64,000 nucleotides of DNA. Origin: Octopus vulgaris (lineage: Eukaryota). The notes under the pieces were generated by a model. It was given only the letters and a program-made list of their open reading frames with translations, ran no database searches and was not told where the DNA came from. The stretch's first letter is position 1, and every line of letters starts with the position of its first letter. Location: NCBI GenBank assembly GCA_951406725.2, contig OX597831.1:30628001-30692000 (forward strand). The letters run 5' to 3'. Both the position numbers and the translations under genes were made by a program. Positions 40,247-52,200 of the stretch are shown in pieces.

Positions 40247-40311
<65 letters not shown>

Positions 40312-41168
40312 CACCACACGCACTGGTTCAATATCACTTCTTTATGATTAGTAAATTGGTGAAATATCTAACCAACTAGCAAATCGATCAAGTGTTTAAT
40401 GTACCGGTTAAATAATCGATCTGTTATTTGTTAGTCAAAGACTTTTCGTCCCCATCCCCACTCTCTCTCTCTCTCTCTTCAAGGTCTGCTCTGAGTCTAT
40501 CAGAGATTTTGTCTTATGCTTGTGTGTATGTACATGTGTATTTGCTTAGAAAAGAAGGTAAGAGTGAGAATAAGCGAAGAGTTTGTCTATGTGAATAAAT
40601 GAGCTTGTGTGTGTACAACCACGTGACTGCTTGCATGTGTGCGCATGTGCTTGTGTATGACTGTGTGCGTGTCTGCGTGTGTATCTGTGCGTACGTGTGT
40701 ATGCCTAGTGTATGTGCGTGTGTCTGTGTGTGTGTGTGGGGGAATGTGTTGAGGTGTGGTTCTTTCATCTTGTGTTCCTGTGTGTGTGTTTACGTGTTTG
40801 TATGTGCGTGTTTGTATGTGCGTGTGGATGTGTATGGTTGTGTAGTAGAATTGCTCATAGCTATGCGTATTTATATATTTGTATGGATTTCTTTGTATCC
40901 TGCTGTTATTCTACTCTTATCTTATCTGTACCTAACTCTTTCTAGGTATCAGTACGCGAGCGCACATACGCGCGCCTAGACATGTATTGGAATTGTACAT
41001 ATTTACATGTATTTATTTGTATAGATTTTCATGCATCCTGCTGTCGTTGGTAGCCCTACGCTTTATACACCTGCCTATACAAACACATCCATGAACACAG
41101 ACGCACTCATGTATGCATATTACATTGTGGTAATTGTGGTGGTGTATAAATTGTGGTGGTGTAATAAA

Positions 41169-41400
41169 GGCGGCGAGCTGGCAGAAACGTTAGCACGCCG
41201 GGCGAAATGCTTAGCGGTATTTCGTCTGCGTTACGTTGTGAGTTCAAATTCCGCCGAGGTCGACTTTGCCTTTCATCCTTTCGGGGTCGATAAATTAAGT
41301 ACCAGTTACGCACTGGGGTCGATATAATTGACTTAATACCTATGTCTGTCCTTGTTTGTCCCCTCTGTCTTTAGCCCCTTGTGGGTAATAAAGAAATAGG
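41169..41400 (+). mobile_element. SINE family A monomer
   Basis: Full unit. Flanking duplication aattgtggtggtgta at 41149-41163 and 41402-41416. Confidence 0.9.
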
Positions 41401-41599
41401 TAATTGTGGTGGTGTAGTTCTACGACCTAGTATGCATATTTTATATTCGGTATTGGCAATGTCTCATTTATGTGAACAGACTCGCGTATTCGTCGAAGTA
41501 ACGGGTTTTTTACGGGTGTTTAGACAAAATATTAATGCAAATTCGGATCAGCATGTTGCCACATTGATATTTCGATGGTGATAGATTATAGACGACTGT

Positions 41600-42215
41600 C
41601 TCCGGTCATTATACTCCCGCCGGTGTGCATTTAGTCTCTCTACTGAACTTCGAGAATTCTCTCCGTGGTATGTTGTATTCCGGTTCCTACACCCCACTCC
41701 GTGCACTTTATGTTGTTGACGATATTTCTGATTTTACAGATAATACTGGGGTTGAAGGTACGTAGTTCATTTCAGTACATGTGGTCTTGAAGGGGTATGA
41801 CTTACATAACTGTGATCTGATGGACTTCCCTGATTTCTCAACGATCTTAATGTTAAGTTTTTTTATGTTCTTCAGAGCTTTCCTAAACCCGTGGGCTAAC
41901 ACCCCCACGAGGAGAAGCCTCTACAAGCATCATGCCTCGAAATTTATGCCTCATGCCACATGTTTATTTCCTTTACACAAATTCTCTGTACTCTGTTCCA
42001 TTGCTTGTCCCTGTATAAAGGTCCCAATGGCGTCCTTACTTATGATATTGAATTTTTCTCTAGAACCTCCCACAACTGTACACACTGACCATATCTCTGT
42101 GGTCGTAGCCGGGCAACTGCACGCAGTGCATCAATTACTGTGCATGTGTCTTTATATCATCGGCTTCGCATTGAGGCGGGGCATGTTTTCTATTATCCTA
42201 AGTACGCTATTAGTA
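41600..42215 (-). mobile_element. Decayed Penelope-like element (thumb-linker-GIY-YIG)
   Basis: LMHCVQLPGYDHRD; GPLYRDKQWNRVQR; IKIVEKSGKSIRSQLCKSYPF; CKIRNIVNNIKC...TYHGENSRSSVERLNAH (VY.I.C...YIGET.R...R..EH pattern). Frameshifted. Confidence 0.75.
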
Positions 42216-42514
42216 TGTTAATCTTTACATTGTTTGATAAAAACTGATTTCTTGTGAATAACATATCTGGGAGTTACATTAACACATACACACACGCATA
42301 CGCGCACACATACTCGCACTTACACGCACAGACACACACACATACATACATACACATACACACACACTAACCTTTCATTCTGTTTTATAAAGATATTTCG
42401 TGTGCTCCAGTTTTTATTCTTCCATAAAGGAATCGTGAAAAACTGTAGCGATTTGATAGTTTCAGCTTCCAATAACACATATACATATGCAGATATATAT
42501 ATATATATATATAT

Positions 42515-42617
<103 letters not shown>

Positions 42618-43044
42618 ATGTGATCTATATATGTTTTTAAATTCAAATACACACATACACGCGCGCACACGCAAATTTCTATAAATCTATATATGTATGC
42701 ATCAAACATCTTCCACGAAGATCTATCAATCGAAATGATCTTTTTAAAAAGGTAACCAAAGAAAAGAGTACATATATTCTTAAATAGACACGTGCAACTC
42801 ACACACACAAACTGGTCTCTATCTCTCGTTCTTCCGCTCTGTCTCTGTGTGTCTGTCTGTCTCTCTCTTGCTCTGTCTCTCTGTCTGTCTCTCTCTCTCT
42901 CTTGCTCTGTTTTTTTCCTTAGATAATTTCCCTATACTGCAGTCAACCACCTTCTCCTCTTTTCCTCCCCGTACGTGCAAAATAAACACATGCATTCTAC
43001 TCTCACGAAAGCTTATACACACACACGCACGCTCGCACGCACAG

Positions 43045-43141
<97 letters not shown>

Positions 43142-43251
43142 ACACACACATACACTCACACACACATATATAGATCCGCACGCTCATGCGTTCATGAAAA
43201 CACGGTTGTTTTGCTCTTGCCTGGGCAAGGAAGAGGAGCGTGTGCTTACGT

Positions 43252-43306
<55 letters not shown>

Positions 43307-43791
43307 TAGCATGTGTTTGTGCATATGCCGGTTTGTTTACGACTATCTACCTTTTCCCCCCTTATTTTGATTCTGAAATACCTAGTTTTTCAGAATCTCG
43401 ATTGATATCTCTTCTTAGAACAATAATATATTTTGTATTACCCATCACTCACGCACGCGCGCACGCGCACATAACCACATATACATATTCGTATATATAT
43501 TTTTACGAATATAAATATATGTATTCATGAACGTATATGTGTGTGTATATATACATACATACGTACATACATACATATACATATATATATAGAAAGAATA
43601 GCCAAAACTCTTTGACTGCTATTTCTAAATTCGGTGTGTGGTAGGCAAATCGTTGCTAAACCCTTAGTATTACTTATACCTTCCTTGAATGGGGCTTTTA
43701 CATGCCGAACTCTACTTGGTGAAATTAATGATTATTCCAAATTAATTAATTTCACCCTTTATTATTATTATATATATATATAACATAAAAT

Positions 43792-44040
43792 AAATGCGCC
43801 CTTTTAAAGCCTAGCCAGGCTCATGGGCCCGGTTTCCCGGTTTCTATGGCGTATGTGTTCCCCAGCTGGAAGGGACGCAAGTCCATCGCAGCGTTACTCA
43901 TTTTCGCCAGGTGAGTGGACTGGAGCAACGTGAAATGAAGTGTTTTGCTCAAGAACACAACGCGTCGCCCGGTCCAGGAATCGAAACCACAATCTTACGA
44001 TCATGATGCTGACACCCTAACCACTAAGAAATGCACCGCC
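43792..44040 (-). mobile_element. SINE with family D head and another tail
   Basis: Head ggtttcgattcctggaccgggcgacgcgttgtgttcttgagcaaaacacttcatttcacgttgctccagtccac shared with 6193-6336. Tail differs. Confidence 0.8.
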
Positions 44041-44062
44041 ACACACACACACACACACACAC

Positions 44063-44122
<60 letters not shown>

Positions 44123-44593
44123 CATGTACAAAGCCACATACATAAAGATACTTGTATGAATGTATATATGTAGTTGGCATTGGCCCATCATGAAACTATT
44201 TTAGCTATAAAGATATATTTACCAAAAAATTCCATTACAGCGACCACTTATACATTCAGCTCATTATAGCTCAGCGTTATGTTGAGCTCGTATATTTTTA
44301 ATTGATAGAAATATTTTCATTCATGTCACATCAGCGAGTTGGCTGAGGAACAGAACAGAGTAATGTAGAATTATACGACCTACATAATCCGAAAATATTC
44401 TACCATTCTTTCGTAAATGCTTAAATGTAAACATTTTCATTAAAGTTAAACCAAAATAGATTTCCGAAAAAATTTAGAATGCTCCGAAGAAATCGCTATG
44501 TATCTCTAAAGGTATATTGAAGTAGTTCCTTCTCGACCAGATATCAATACTTGGACAATTTCTTACATATCTACACTATATGGATGATATTGA

Positions 44594-45016
44594 CTCTTTT
44601 TACTCTCTTTTACTTGGTTCAGTCATTTAACTGCAGCCATGCTGGAGCACCGCAAATCGACCCCCAGGACTTAATCTTTGTAAGCCTAGTACTTATTCTA
44701 TCGATCTCTTTTGCCGAACCACTAAGTTATGGGGACGTAAACACACCAGCATCTGTCGTCAAGCGATGTTGGAGGGACAAACACAGAAACACAAAGACAC
44801 ACACTTATATTTATATATACATATACAAATATACGACGGGCTTCTTTCAGTTTCCGTCTACCAAATCCACTCACAAGGCTTTGGTCGGCCCGAGGTTATA
44901 TTAGAAGAGACTTGCCCAAAGTGCCAGGCAGTGGGACTGAACCTGGAACCATGTGGTTCGTAATCAAGGTACTTACCACACAGACACTATAGAAAAATAT
45001 GGAACTATATGCGCCT
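44594..45016 (-). mobile_element. SINE family B, full length, fused downstream of U6
   Basis: Homologous to 8052-8466. Head interrupted by a copy of the U6 3' end. Confidence 0.85.
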
Positions 45017-45020
45017 GTAG

Positions 45021-45118
45021 AAAAATATGGAACGCTTCACGAATTTGCGTGTCATCCTTGCGTAGGGGCCATACTAATCTCTGTATCGTTCCAATTTTAG
45101 AATATGTACCGCCGTAGC
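45021..45118 (-). pseudogene. U6: U6 snRNA retrocopy
   Basis: Minus: gctacggcggtacatattctaaaattggaacgatacagagattagtatggcccctacgcaaggatgacacgcaaattcgtgaagcgttccatattttt. Has a 3-nt deletion at the ACAGAGA box junction, AGC triad changed to AGT, and the first ~6 nt missing. Confidence 0.95.
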
Positions 45119-46190
45119 TATTGAAAATATCACATGCATTTTTGTTTCCCGAGTCACACCAATAAATAAGAATTGAGACCACATACATTGTTCCCTAGCA
45201 AATTCATTAGCATTTTTTAAAATTACACGAGGCTCTTATGCTGTCCTAGGGAAATTCAGAAGAATTAATAATTAGTATTTTCAGATGAAAAAAATTTTGT
45301 ACGATATCTCTTCATACCATCCAACATATTTTCCAAGTAACAAATCTTGTTCTTTTAATAGTTGCCTAGGTAGTTAAACTTCACTCTGAAAAAATGAATC
45401 AATACAATTGTTGTAAATTTTCAAGATTTACAGCTTAGCTATTTTATAATTTGCGTGTCTGAATTCAAGTACATCACGCGAGATTAGCCCAAATTGTGTA
45501 AAAAGCATTTTGTGGATGTGATATAGTGCAAGTAGTTCTAAAATTATCGCGATTAAAGTTGACAGAAAAACATTAATAATACCAGTGATAAACATCTCTA
45601 TTATAGATTCAAGGTAAGGATTGTATTGATTTTAAAGGTAGTATATTTCACCAACCTTGGAAGGATTAAAGGGAAGCTGATATCGACGAGTTTCAATTCA
45701 GAAAATAGAGTGCCCGAATTTATAAGCTACATTGTTCGACGCGCTTCCGATTTTATTAACACACCCCTACCACCACTGCCTCACAACCAACAACAACAAC
45801 AACAACAACACATTTCTGATTTGCTCAGAGAGCCAGCAGTTTAGTTGGGATAGAGATTAATCGATTAAACTGATTCCACTTCTGGACTGGCTCTTAATTT
45901 TGTGCATTCGGAGAAAAGAAAGATAACTCCTGCATGATTTGAATTTACAACGTAAAGAACCGGAACCGATTGTGCACAACATACTGTACCATGTTCTAAC
46001 GATTCTGTCAATCAACTGAGGCCCACAGCATGATCGATATTTAGTGACGGTAGTGTAGTCGATCAAATCAACCCCTTTTCATGACGGGCACTTTATTTTA
46101 TTGACTTCGCAGGAATCATAGGGCTGAATTTGAACTCAATTGCAATGATAGTTTTTGTCAATGATAGTTTTTAATACCTTGTTGATGATA

Positions 46191-46467
46191 AGGCGGTGAG
46201 CACGCCGGACAAAGTGCTTAACGGGATTTTCTTCCGTCTTTTCGTTTTGAGTTCAAATTTTGCCGAGGTCGACTTTGCCTTTCATCCCCCCAACATCGCT
46301 TGAAAACCGATGCTGGTGTGTTTACGTCCCCGTAACTTAGCGGTTCGGCAAAAGAGACCGATAGAATACGTACTGAGCTTACAAAGAATAAGTCCTGGGG
46401 TCGATTTGCTACTATAGGCGGTGCTCCAGCATGGCCACACTCAAATGACTGAAACAAGTAAAGAGAA
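46191..46467 (+). mobile_element. Chimeric SINE (family A 5' half + family B 3' half)
   Basis: ...gtcgactttgcctttcatcc|cccaacatcgcttgaaaaccgatgctgg..., junction ~46286. Confidence 0.8.
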
Positions 46468-47830
46468 CAAACTGATAATGTATTTATTATCATGTGTGGG
46501 GAAAATCAGGATGATCACAGTTAAAAGGCCATTTGATTATAGCTCTACTGGATCAAGTCTGACCTGGGGCTAAACAAAAACAAGTACATCATAAAATAAT
46601 CAAATACATCCCATCTGAGAAAGATTTTCTAGGAAGTCGATGGAGAAAACTGCGAAGCATAATGACACAAGCGAAACTAAAAAATGATTTTAGGTGTTGT
46701 GACAACGTTAGCAATATTAAGTGTGTGACTCTGGAGAAATCCCATTAAAAATGATAATACTGTCAGTTTAAAAGGAAGAAAAATCAATAATTGTAAACAT
46801 TGCGGAAAGACACAAAGACACGTGTACGTGTATGTGTGTCCCTGTGTGTGTGTGTGCCTATGTGTATATGTGTGTACCTGTGTATATGTGTGTGCCTGTG
46901 TATATGTGTGTGTGTGAAACACCATCCACAAAATAACTCGCGGCTTAATATTATGATTTTATACTTTGAAAAACTCGAATTTCTTTGTGAGCATTATATT
47001 TTGTCAGATTTTAATTAAGATATGATCGTAATTGTAAAGATATTATTGTATGAGACGTTTCTATAGAAGAAAAAAAAAATTGGGAAAATTGAAAATAAAC
47101 CGTGTTTGTTTCTGAATAGTAAAAACACACTTGTCTGTGGAAATATGATGCTAAAGTATTTATTAAATTTAGTTTATCTGATTTCCGATGTAATAGTATA
47201 CCGATATTAATACAGAAAATGGCAACATTAATATTTAGATATTTGAAGGACTTTTGTAATAGAATATTCTTGGAAAAGTTGTCTTTGAAAAGAGATTTAT
47301 CTAACAGTTTTTTCTTACTATAAAAATTCTAAATTTCTACAGAGTGAGGATGTTATAAGCGTTTGGTTTAAGTGCTGGCGTATTAATGACTGATTTATAA
47401 GTTCCTATACCTTAACTAGTCTTTGATCGTGTAATCTGTTGAGTTTCACTTTCCACTTGTTTTCGGAACTAGCTATTAAATGTCCTGGTGAATTCACTTA
47501 GTTTTATCCAAGTGAGCAGCCGTTTCCTCTGTCGTCAGTTTTATGTCAAAAAACTAAAACTACCAAAGAGTCGTGACGAGCTGTTTGATCTTTTAAGGAT
47601 ATCATTTTGATAGAAACAGCTATTATTGATCTAGAGAACAGCCAACAGTAAATCGCTGCGCAACTAGACCTCGGTTATCCCAACAAGACGTGACGCGTAA
47701 CGGAATTATTTTGTCCGTGCTAACTCATTGTTCTGATTATTGATCAGATCGTAAACAAAAGAAAGCCATATTTTACATAAATTTTATGTTAATATAGCAA
47801 GTGTGTTTATCATGTCATTATTATATATTA

Positions 47831-48007
47831 CTAGCAAAGATACTCGGCGTTGCTCGGGATGAAAATTATATAGTTTGTGTATATATATATATATAATTTC
47901 GTACTTTATTTAGCTCAAGGTAAATGTTTTATCGCATCTTTAATTTTTTTGTATATGGTATGATTTAAGTATATCATTGTTCAATTGCTACATGGTGGTT
48001 CTTCTCT

Positions 48008-48068
<61 letters not shown>

Positions 48069-48069
48069 G

Positions 48070-48119
<50 letters not shown>

Positions 48120-49234
48120 TTACAGTTCTGTTGAGGCAGTTGATACGGGAAAGTGCAGCATTGACGACTAAGTGTTTGTGGAGTAAATGATGGGCTAATT
48201 CAATTAAGCAACATACCATGCGTCCGTTTGGAATATCCCAGGTCCTGAACTCCCATGGAAAATCGGTGGTCGAGTATGTGATATTTCAACGCACCGAAAG
48301 CTGTCAGTGGATATACTCTCCTTTACGGCAGTCGTCGCTGCGTCTAACACGACCCATCGTCTTACGTTTTGTCACCTTCTTCGGGTTTGTTGTCCTACAT
48401 CACTCATAAAGTAAGATTGGAGGAATTGTGGTTGTTCATTTGTGGGTAACAGGGAACCAATGAGGTTACAGGCTTGTCCTTGAGCTTTGAATGTCGGCAT
48501 AAATCCATTTTTAACTATCTCCTTAGATGCACCAAACGATGTAATTCGAAATGCAGTATTTTATTGTGTGATATTGTTCAGAAAATCCTTTGACTGGCTG
48601 GAAGTGCCTTCCAGAAGGCCCATAATAGGATGAGGAGGAGGTGGATGTGCTGGTAATGTTACATTACCGTCTGAGCAGCACGTGCCATTAGTTTCATTTG
48701 GAAATTTTAAACTTTGGCAGAAGCGACAATTTGAGTTTAGTACACCAATTTGGACAAAATTATCATTTTTATAAGAATGAGATGGATCATATCTGAAAGG
48801 AGCTCCAGGAGTTGTGAAGAACAAATTTGTACGCAGTCTGTTTCTGAGAGCTATTCTATTGGGACCTCTGTCTAATCATGAAAACGTCGGTTTAATGATT
48901 CAGCATTAAATGCTGCAGCACGACTTTGCTGATGTTGGGAAACTCTCATCTCCCCTTCTCTCTTGAGACTCCATCTATGCTGATCTTGAGAAAGTCTCAT
49001 CTCGCTTCTGTCTTGAGACTCCATTTGATGTGATGGAACATGCGTTTGCTGATCTAGGGAAATTCTCATCTCCCTTCTGTATTGAGACACCATCTGACAT
49101 GCTGTAGCATACCTCTGCTAATCTTGAACAAGTCTCATCTCTCTTCTCTCTTGAGACTCTCACGTTCGGTTTTCTACAATCCTCCTTGCTTTATACTTTT
49201 TTCTAAAGAGATCACGTCTTTTCTTCGGTGGCAA
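47831..49234 (-). mobile_element. Deleted Helitron with N-terminal RepHel remnant
   Basis: 3' hairpin cccgagcaacgccgag + CTAG|T at 47831. 48375-49234 encodes FRYDPSHSY..IG..CRFCQSLKFPNETNGTCCSDGNVTLP...SKDFLNNITQ*NTAFRITSFGA...GFMPTFKAQGQ..LIGSLLP. 5' end not located. Confidence 0.85.
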
Positions 49235-52200
49235 TTTTTTTTCAATATTGTGAACAAAAATTATGAGCATAGACAAAATTATACATTAATCTCTATTTTT
49301 GTAAGCAGTTGTATTATGTCATTATTTTTGTATGTAGTATAAATTAACCAAATAGTTCATACATGTTTCTATTCGGAAATTTGCTTTTGTTTTCATTTGA
49401 GAGGACGGGATACATTTAATGTTGGAAACATGTTTAATATTGCCGTTGTGTAACCATAACATAATCCTGGCTGAGTAGACTTGTAGGTCAAATTATATTT
49501 GAGTAGATTAAATTATATTTCAGTTGAGGACAATCATTTTTTTTTTAATGAACATGATATACCTAAGACCATATTTATTATGCACTGTCTCTGTAAGACG
49601 GTAAGATTCGAAGCAGATTTGGTTAACGTTTTCAGTACGTGGAGTGACCTCATATACAGGAGGCCTAGTTGACAATCACTCTGTAATACGATTTTTGCCC
49701 TTGGGTAGCAACTGTTATTTCTTATTTACTTACCCCTAGAAAGTATGAAATATAGCTAATATTTTCTTCAAACTGCTTTTCAAACCCCAAAGAATCCCTC
49801 TCAATACATGGCTATGATACTCCCCCACTACTCCTGCTCTTGATCAGATATGCATATATTGTCAGTCACTAAGGGACATACTCAAGTTGTTATGGTCAAG
49901 GAATTGACAAGCAAACCTGTGGTATTGAACAGAATATTTGCAATAACGATAATGGAAAATAGGTCAGTTTCAAAACGATTCATGTAATACGATCCCTTTT
50001 GATATTTTATAACAGCTTTGCCAAAGAAATCTAATGTTATTAGTGTTTTGATTCCGTATAAGCAGCAGAATATGTGATTGTGTGGCAGTTATACCTTTCT
50101 CACCTGTGTTAACGAAGTAACATTAACTAGAGAGGGGAGTCAGTTAGCTTAAGGAATTATATGGATGTGACTGAAAAAGACTCATCTAACGCATCTAAAA
50201 TACAAATGACTCTGACAGAGACCACGTTCCTCCAAGATATAGTCGCAAGAAGAGATGACCAGTGTAAGTAAATGACTCAGTTTCATAACACTGTCCTTGC
50301 TATTACTCCGAGGGAGATATCAAAATTCGCAACTCTACGATCATTACATGCATTTACAGACTTGAGAAAGTCTCATCTCGCTTCTGGACCAAAGTTAAGA
50401 TGTAACAGCAAGGTTTAACTAGATGATTGGTGAATTTTACTGAGGGTTTCATTACTGGTGTTACTTCCATAAAGTCCCGTGGGTAGTTAAACACGGGTCT
50501 GTCAGGGATTTATAGGAATACTGACTCAGTATTTGATGATACATTTAATTACCGTGACGAGTTGTTCATCTAGGTAAGTGGGTTCTAAATTTTCGCGATG
50601 TTTTTCAAAAATCATCGTACCTATGCCTATATATTAGGGACAGCCATTGCCTCACTAATTTTAATAAGGCATTATATAAGAGAAACGAAATATTTTGGGG
50701 AGAGAATTTATTCAAATTATTAAAAAATTGTAACAACTTCGAAATGATGAATATCATTTTTTCTTTTATAAAACAATTTTTACTACATTTTATTAACAGA
50801 AGCCTTGACTCACAGAACATCAAAACTATTATGCCGTATCTTGGAATTCTTATGAAACCAGTTTAGGAAACAGATCTAAGTAGATTAGAAAGTTTTACAA
50901 TTCAATAAGTGGGCTACAGACATAGGTTTTGCTTTCGGTTGAAGACAGTTTCCATTTCTCCTACTCTCTAATGCCGATAAGGACAGGCATAAACATTGAA
51001 ATGCTTTTCAAATTACAAAGCCCTTGTAAAGAATCGATGGATTAGTTAAGTCATTCGAAAGTCGGACAAAATTTCTGCCGTATTTGATTAAAGTTAGCTA
51101 AGTTTAACTTCTGAAGGATCGATAAAAATATAGTAACAGTCATTTAGAATTCATATTGATCATCCTAGATCTGGGCGAGATTATAATAAACGACAAAAAC
51201 TAAAACTAAATGAGACACCGCAATAATACAAGCGCGCACACAGAAGAGGTAATAAAGCTCTCTCGTTTTGAGTGGTGACAACAGTTTCGATTCTCCATTG
51301 AAACTAATTCACATTTTATACAAGGGATTGATTCTGGAAAAAAAACCATGAACGTCACCCCGCCCCTCCATTTCCAACCATTATAACGTTTGTGCTATTG
51401 TGTCACGAGAAATCAATAAATGACATTATGATCTCATTGCAATACTAAGACACATCATTTCACATTAATTGTTTCACTTGCTTCAGTGCTATTCAGTCGT
51501 GAAGCAATTTCTCTTAAATTCTCTTTGATAGTCAGTTCTCATTAAGTTCACTGCCGATAGTCTAATGTCATTAAAGGTGAATATATTAGTCTTTTATTGC
51601 ATCAAGACATATGTCGATTAAACAACTCTGTTAGTTCGTTTGCGCCACCACCACATAACATGAAATGATTTAGATATCTTTAAAAGTATTATTTAAGAAA
51701 ACTTTTATAGTCATTACTCTTAGAAACTAATCTTGTTGTGTCTCTCATCGGAAGGTTTTGTGTTAAAGCATTAAGATTTATATAAATGTGAACGCTGAGA
51801 TTTACGTTTGTAAATATATTAGAATCTGTAACGCTTTTGTGCTTTATTAAACCGCCATAACTTACGAGTTTCATCAAAGCAGTGGAGGTTAAGCCTTTTT
51901 TTTATCAAAGCGTCATAAGTTAAACATTTATTTATCAAAGCGCTTAGGTAATTCCAGTGGCGTAATTAAGGCAAGTTAATAAGCTAAGCTAGGCCAAGTA
52001 AACTAGGAATCGAAACCGATTCACAGATTCATTTCCGAGAAATTAATACTGATTCATAGTTCTAGATTCCTTCTGACAATGCTTTTATCAGGAATAGTCT
52101 CTAAACCTGAAAGAAATAGCTGCCAAATCTCCCTCAATTCAAACTTCATTGTCTTTGAATAAGACACATTTTATAAGGTTACACATTGCGTCTGAGAAGA

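Noticed and set aside
45021-45118. Functional U6 gene
   Set aside because: Deletion next to the ACAGAGA box, AGC triad mutated, 5' end missing and fused to a SINE.
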